52,857 nt of DNA from the NCBI RefSeq assembly GCF_004010195.1, contig NC_057718.1, positions 5,526,701 to 5,579,557 on the forward strand, written 5' to 3'. The notes under the pieces are model-generated. The model saw only the letters and a program-made list of their open reading frames with translations. It had not been told where the DNA came from and searched no databases. This stretch comes from Chiloscyllium plagiosum (lineage: Eukaryota). Position numbers and translations under genes: made by a program. This document shows positions 45,931 through 52,857 of this stretch, piece by piece; within the stretch, counting starts at the first letter, position 1; each line of letters opens with the position of its first letter.

Positions 45931-47304
45931 ATTGTATAGATGCTGATGTAAAACATTTTCATTTTCCCGTTAATTGTTATTGCTCAACATGAGGAAATCT
46001 GCAAAACCATCAGAAGAGGACGTGCTGCGCAAATTTAATTTTACAGAATGGTGTCAGAGCGTATATTTATATTAACTGGACATGCTCAAGGCGAGTTTGT
46101 GGATCAGACCAGCAGCAAGATAAACACACACATTATTGCAACAATTGGTCACCATCAACACTTTGTTCTCGTTTAGTTTGGTGGAAGAGGGTGTTCATAA
46201 AATGATTAGAATTCTTGTAATCTCCTGAATATTTGACAGGGAGGGAAACAGGTTCTTTACCATTTGTGGTCCATATCTACAGGAATGTACATTATGTCTT
46301 GTAACTGTATATTGATATCCTGCAGTCTTTGGATGAGCTGCAGCTTGGCTTAGAAGCCCAGGAGCATCTTTGCGATATTGTAAAGCGTAGGTGTGAGTAG
46401 CCAGGGCTGAGAACAGTCACAGCATAAAACACAACAACAAATGAATACTGCACCGCCTAGAGATGAAGTAGATTTTGAGTCTCATCTAATTGGATTTGAA
46501 TTAACCCCTTGCCCCTCACAAAGAGGCAAATAAGGGGGTGGCAAACCATAGCTATGTTATATCAACCTGTATTGTTCTGTTAAAGTTCAGACTGCTGCCT
46601 TGTTATGTCATATTTCCAAAGCCTCATAATATCATGATGTCTTGAACACGCTATAACCAGAGTACTTTTGAGATGTAGCCACTGTAGTAATGTAGAAAAC
46701 TGACAGCTAATTTGTGCACAGCAGAACCTCATACACACAAACGTGATAATGACCAAACAATTTGTTTCTCAATTGCTGGATAACTATTAGTCAGAACTAA
46801 TAACTAAATAAATAACTATAACTAAACCTGGCTTGTTCTGTTTTTTTTTTGAAATTGTGCAATACGATGACATCTCTAATGCCCACCAGAGAATTCAGAC
46901 ATGGCCTCATCCAAGAGTTGGCCTGGCTCTTTCCCAAATGACTTCTGCTGGGGCACTGCACTGCACTGTGCTGCCCCAAGTCTTTACTTCTCTGACTCTC
47001 ACCTCCTAACACTCACTTATTTCCTATTGGTTACCTTGGCCCTCCAATCTGGGCCTCTATCCTTCCACCTCATTTTCATTCTGCCCTCCTTTACCTGCAT
47101 TGTCAGAGTTTACCTGCCAGTACTAGCCTTGACAACCTTTACTAACTGCCTCACTCAGACTCAGTGTTCACTTTCTCACCTGATTATTTTGTTGTTTGTT
47201 GTAGGTGATGGGTCTCCAGTGGCTACCTGCTCTGGATATACAGCGTGGATACATAGCTCCAGATATACAACTCGACATCCATAACACTGAATGAGCAGCT
47301 CTGA

Positions 47305-47720
47305 ATAGAGTCATAGAGCTGTATAGCATAGGATCAGACTCTTTGGTCCAACTCATCCATGCCGACCAGATATCCTAAATTAATCTAATCCCATTTTCCA
47401 GCATTTGGCCCATATCCCTCTAAATCCTTCCTATTCATATACCCACCCAGATGCCTTTTAAATGTTGTAATTATATCAGCCTCCACCACTTCCTCTGGCA
47501 GCTCATTCCATACACGTACCACCCTCTGCGTGAAAATGTTGCCCCTCAGGTCCCTTTTAAATCTTTCCCCTCTCATCTTAAACTGACACTCTCTAGCTTT
47601 GCACTGCACTATCCTGGGAAAAACACCTTGTATATTTACCCTATGCATGCCCTTCATGACTTTATAAACCTCTATAAGGTCACCCCTCAGCCTCTGACAC
47701 TCTGGGGAAAATAGTCCCAG
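47305..47720 (-). mobile_element. CR1 LINE 3' end
   Basis: ORF 47385..47657 RGNIFTQRVVRVWNELPEEVV. Confidence 0.9.
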
Positions 47721-47733
47721 TTAACTCCTTTTG

Positions 47734-47817
47734 AATGTACAATTCTGGATGTACAGTGCTTGATGTATACCTCCAGATGTATACCTCGAGATGTACAGAG
47801 CTGGATGTACACCTCCA
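47734..47817. repeat. 14-bp minisatellite, 6 units
   Basis: RATGTAYA core every 14 bp followed by a variable 6-mer. Confidence 0.85.
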
Positions 47818-48361
47818 AATGGTCAGTCATTGTGAATTTCCCACTGGCCATGAAAGGTGAGGCTTGGATGGGCTGAATCCATTTTCTCAGTTTACCTCAT
47901 GTCCTTCATTAAAGGGGAGGTATCTGAGTCCCTCCTCCCTCCTTTTCTCTCCTTTACTTGCCAATTCACAGAATCACACACAGAATTGTTATGCATGGAA
48001 GGAGGCCATTCATCCCATTGTGCCTGCATTGTTTTTGTTATCGAGAACCAATCTCCTGCCTTTCCCCTACACCCCTGCACACCACTTTTATCCAAGTAAT
48101 CACCCAACTCCCTCTTGAATGCCTCATTTGAACCTGCTTCCTCTCCAGTTCTAGGCAGTAAATTCCATACCCTAACTGTTCAGATTTTTCTCACATCACC
48201 TTTGCTTCAATTTCTTTTCCTCCCCTTCTCTTCATCCATTCTCTCGCTATATGCCTCTCCTCTCTCCTCCTCTTTCTCTCTCTCTCTCTCTGCCACTTAC
48301 TTACTCCTACCTCTCTCTCTGCTTCTTTTCCTTCCCTTTCCCGCTGTGATATACCAACTCC

Positions 48362-48748
48362 ATATGACCATAAGAAGACCATAAGACATTGGAGCAGAAA
48401 TTAGGCCATTCAGCCCATCAATTCTGCTCCGCCATTCAACCATGGCTGATAAGATTCTCAACCCCATTCTCCCATTTCCTCCCCATTACTTTTGATCCCC
48501 TTGATACTCAAGAACCTGTCTGTCTCAGTCTTAAATATACTCCATGACCTGCCTTCTGTGGCAGTGAATTCCATAGGTTCACCATTCTGCGGCTAAAGAA
48601 GTTTCTCCTTATCTCCATTCTAAAATGTCTTCCCTTTACTCTAAGGCTGTGCCCTCGGGTCCTAGTCTCTCCTAGCAATGGAAACATCTTCCCAACATTT
48701 ACTCTGTCCGGGCCATTCTGTATGTTTCAATTAGATTCCCCCTCATCC
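48362..48748 (-). mobile_element. CR1 LINE 3' end with cttatggt-type tail
   Basis: RRMRGNLIETYR...TRTRGHSL and terminal tail. Confidence 0.85.
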
Positions 48749-49545
48749 TTCGAGGACCCATTGATCCTTCGCTGCTCGCACACTTCTTCTGTCCTTGCAT
48801 CATTCTTTTCTCTCCTTCTCTGCTTTTCTTCTCTTTTTCCTTTCTTATCCAACTTCCTTTGTCTCTTAAATCCTTGTGAGTCTGTTCTGGACAATCTGTA
48901 TTTGTTTGTGATAAACGAGATGGACGATCTCTGGATCCACAGACCAGACATTGATTTTCAAAGAATGAGCTAAATGGTATTTGTAATGAAACCATTTAGT
49001 CATGGCACAGTTTCGAAATCCCATTATGAACACATTAGTCTGACATAATACTACTTCCAATAAATTGTATCCTTTACGGCAATTTTGCATTAGTCTTGAT
49101 GCAATCACCGGCTCTAATTATACAGTCTGTCAACACAACTGGGGAATGACTCTTATTGTTATTGCAGCATTAAAGGAGGCCATTTGGCCTATCAAACCCA
49201 TGCTGATTCTCTGTGGAGAAATCCAAAAAATCTCATTTCTGTAATGTTGCAGGTTTATTTCCCTCAAGAGCCAATCCAATTTCCTATTGATTTCATTGAT
49301 TTTCTGAGTTTCCCCCATCCTCGTGGGCAGTGTATTACCAGTTGCTACATTAAAACAAATCTCACACAGTCTCCCCTTTCTTGCAGTCCAGCATTACTCA
49401 CATTTGAGTCAACTCCTCATCCGTGAACCATCAGCTGATGGGGACAACTTTATTTTGCCAAGCTTATCTAAACTTGTGTGTCACAATCTTTACCAAACCT
49501 CCTTTCAAGCTTCTTTGTTCCAAGGGGAACACCCCAGCTTCTGCA

Positions 49546-50238
49546 CATAGAGTCACAGGTTCATAGAGATGTACAGCATAGAAACAGACCCTTCAGTCCA
49601 ATTCGTCCATGCTGACCAGACATCCCAACCTAATCTAGTCGCATTTGCCAGCATATGGCCCATATTTCTCGAAAACCTTCATATTCATATGCCCATCCAG
49701 ATGCCTTTTAAATATTGCAATTATACTAACCTCCATCACTTCCCCTGGTAACTCATTCCATACACGTACCACCCTCTGCGTGAAAAAGTTGCCCCTTAGG
49801 CCCCTTTTATTGCTTTTCCCTCTCACCCTAGACCTATGCCCTCTAGTTCTGGACTCCATCACTCCAGGGAAAAGACTTGTTTATTTATCCTATCCATGCC
49901 CCTCATGATTTTATAAACCTCTGTAAGGCCACCCCTCAGCCTCCGATGCTCCAGGGGAAACAGCCCCAGCCTGTTCAGCCTCTCCCTGTAGCTCAAATCC
50001 TCCAACGCTAAGATTTGCTTTCCCAAAATGCAGCACCTCACATTTATCTAGATTAAACTCCATCTGCTACTCCTTGTCCCATTGGCCCATCTGGTCAAGG
50101 TCCCGTTGTAATCTGAGGTAACCTCCTTCGCTGTCCACTACACCTCCAATTTTGGTGTCATCTGCAAACTTGCTAACTATACCTCTTATGTTCATTTATA
50201 TAAATGACAAAAAGTAGTGGACCCAGCACCGATCCTTG
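49546..50238 (-). mobile_element. CR1 LINE 3' fragment with internal deletion near 50007
   Basis: QGSVLGPLLFVIYI/KFADDTKIGG then jumps to LEDLSYRERLNRLGLF. Confidence 0.9.
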
Positions 50239-52414
50239 AACCATTCTGGTAAATCTCCTCTCCATTTCCTCTGGGACTGTAACATCTTTTATAAATTATG
50301 GTACTCTCTTTTACTTGTCGCAGTCCTCTGCGATCAGGAAAAAGAAACTGGAAATGTGTATATATACACTGAAGGTATGACCTTTAACTACAACAGAGAC
50401 CGGGAGGGATCTCCTATGATTATTGATCATTCATTGTCAACAGTGAATCAATGTAAAGTTATCAGTCAGATACTAGGCTCCATCTCTAGAGTGTTTGACT
50501 AAAAAAAGGGACAGAATTTAATTTGTATAGCACCTACCACGATCTCTTGGCATTCCAAAGAGCTTCACAGTTCAATGGTGATATGCAGATGAATACAGTA
50601 ATGGGGCCTAGCTGGGTGAGTGGGGATGTATTGTGATAATAGTGTGGTGGTGAGGAATTGGAGAGAGGGGTGCAGGTGGGATGGGGTGGGATCAGTAACA
50701 AGAGCAGGGGAGGAACTTCATGCATGTTCAACCCTCCCTAAAACTGGATCTTTTGATCAGAATGCCTTTGATTTAAAAACCACCCTGCCTGCCCCCCCAA
50801 CACAAAGAGACCCTGTTCCATTGCTCGAACAATTTTGATTGGCATTCACATTGGACATGATCAGAGGGTAACACGAAGCTCTTGGGATCTTCACCCTATG
50901 CCTATGACACACACACGCACGCACCCTTATCCTCCACCTTGTGTATTTTGCTGGAAAAAATTGCCTGCTTTTTATCGGGAGGACCTTGCTACACTTTCAG
51001 TCAAGATTTTTTTTTTGACATATTCATAGACACATTGGTTTAAGCAAACCCTGCTTGCTGTCAACATTGGTCGTATGCCTCATTTATTGCTTGACGTAGT
51101 ACTGTCAATGCTCGACCAATACTGCCAGGGGAGAATACAAATTCACTCTTTTCTGGGGAGAATCTGACATCACCCTACACCAGAGCAGAATACAACATCA
51201 CTCTCTTTCTCGCATGAAACAGCCAATGATCAGCTTGTTGTGATAATAAGGCAGGGTGAGAGAGAACAGATTACCTCAAAGTGATGTCTGATATTCTCAG
51301 ACATCTTTAGGCAGAGAGCAGAATCCTTCACTTGAAGGATCAGCAGTTCCCTCACTTTGTTTCCAAAGACAGTGCATTCAACTGTGCATTCAGTCCTTAA
51401 GAGTGAAGGACTGTATTTTCTGTTTCAACTGATCATGTCCAGAAACGATTCACATAAATTACAGTTGCTATTTGTACCTCTGTGAACTCAGTGACCATTT
51501 GTGCATGCTGAGATCTGACAAACTTCAGTAAGTTAATTGATTCCTGAACATTTGGACAAGTAGCCATGTTCAGCAAGACAGTTCTGAATATTCTGTCCAA
51601 TGGACCATCTCAAACATACATCCGAGGCAATAAAGCTTTCACATGACATCGCATCCAAATTTCAGCTCCTCAGCTTTGACTGTACATTCAGTTCTGAAAG
51701 GAACATCAAACACACAGATTCCTGATTCAAAGAATGAGCATGCTGACCACTGAGTCACAGCTATGTTAAATAAATGGTTAAATAATGGAGCCAAAAATTA
51801 GCACAGGAGCAATGACAATTAGTCATGAGCATCGTAAAACTGAGATAAAAACACAACATGCTGAAGGTACACAGCAGGTCAGGTATCATCTGGGAAAGGG
51901 ATGACAGAACTAATTGTTTTAGATCTATGAACCTTTGTGACAACTTTAATTTCAAAATCAGGATAAGTGAGCTCTCAGTGTTGAAATGCTGTGGATTCAG
52001 AGACTTGAGCACTCAATTATTGACTCCTAGCAAACGTTGTTGAAGACTTAACTCTAATTAGTTGCTTTTGTTCTGGGCAGTCAAAGTTTGATGCTTCATC
52101 TTAATTCCAGTAAAAAAAGTGAACCAAAGTCTACCAGCAAGTGCATTGAATGGCAAGTCAATGTATAGTGTCTTAGCGCCTTCAAGTGTCCAATGGCAGT
52201 ACTGCAGTTGAGGGTCGAAGATTTGTGCTTTCTGAGGTGCATTCCACCAGATGTTAAAAAAATTACAGTTGACTTTAATATTCCAGTAAAACAAATTATG
52301 TTCAAGTAGCCATCACAATATTACAGTGTACCTTATCAACTCATCTGAAGATTATAATCTTTCAAAGGAAACTGATATCTTGTTTGTTTTGCAGGTTCCA
52401 ATTTAAACCTCTAA

Positions 52415-52782
52415 GTGAGGGGGGAATCTCATGGAAGTACAGAAGATCTTGACGGGACTGAACATGCTAGATGTGGGAAGAATGTTCCCAATAGTGGGGA
52501 CGTCCAGAACTCGGGGGCACAGTCGAACAATAAGGGGTAAGCCATTCAGGACAGAGATGAGGAAGAATTTCTTCATTCAGATGGTTGTGAACCTGTGGAA
52601 TTCTCTCCCACAGGAAGCTGTTGGGGCAAGTTTGCTAGATTATATTCAAGAGGGAGCTACATGTGTCCCTTGCGGCTAAAGGGATCAAAGGGTGTGGAGA
52701 GAATGTGGGAGTGGGATACTGAGATTACATGGTCAGCCATGATCATATTGAATGGTGGTGCAGACTCGAAGGGCTGAATGGG
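52415..52782 (+). mobile_element. CR1 LINE 3' end
   Basis: ORF 52431..52679 RTRGHS...RKNFFIQMVVNLWNSLPQ. Confidence 0.9.
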
Positions 52783-52857
52783 TAAAAACACTGACTGCAG
52801 ATGCTGGAAACCAGATTCTGGATTAGTGGTGCTGGAAGAGCACAGCAGTTCAGGCAG
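52783..52857 (-). mobile_element. PLE terminal repeat (same subfamily as 44501-44624), cut by the window end
   Basis: gactgcagatgctggaaaccagattctggattagtggtgctggaagagcacagcag. Confidence 0.85.

Noticed and set aside
46049..46058. tggtgtcaga as an LTR primer-binding site
   Set aside because: Only 10 nt, with no LTR end upstream or gag downstream.
46259..46406. Possible exon on either strand (splice-like signals, open frames)
   Set aside because: Minus strand aagctgcagctcatccaa (KLQLIQ) resembles a decayed L2 LINE; splice signals are weak.
47734..47817. CRISPR-like repeat-spacer appearance
   Set aside because: The 8-bp core and 6-bp recurring spacers are far too short, and the context is eukaryotic with no cas genes.
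48875..48975. Coding-looking stretch ESVLDNLYLFVINEMDDL
   Set aside because: Resembles a degraded CR1 GSVLGPLLFVIYINDL motif; no acceptor/donor pair.

Overview
Repeat-dense vertebrate genomic DNA with no supportable intact protein-coding gene; most likely an intron or intergenic region. The SINE complement (HE1-type V-SINE, SacSINE1-type DeuSINE) points to a cartilaginous fish, probably a shark (inference). The recognisable ORFs in the track are fragments or antisense shadows of decayed retroelements: many CR1 LINEs, three Rex1/Babar-type LINEs, one RTE fragment, several Penelope-like elements (PLEs) and three SINE families. There is also a TA-flanked MITE family and a solo LTR. A heavily decayed, interrupted Ty3/Gypsy internal region (gag-PR-RT-RNaseH, ~26.0-29.1 kb, minus strand) is almost invisible in the ORF track. 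The most striking pattern is about 11 short fold-back insertions (~120-215 bp) built only from PLE terminal repeats. In the best-preserved ones a complete arm is paired with an inverted arm that usually stops 32-39 nt short, the insert has a 10-15 bp target-site duplication (TSD), and the axis lies at a minimal hammerhead-ribozyme-like motif. Family names are from recognition by eye, not database search. Boundaries of old repeats are approximate (tens of bp).
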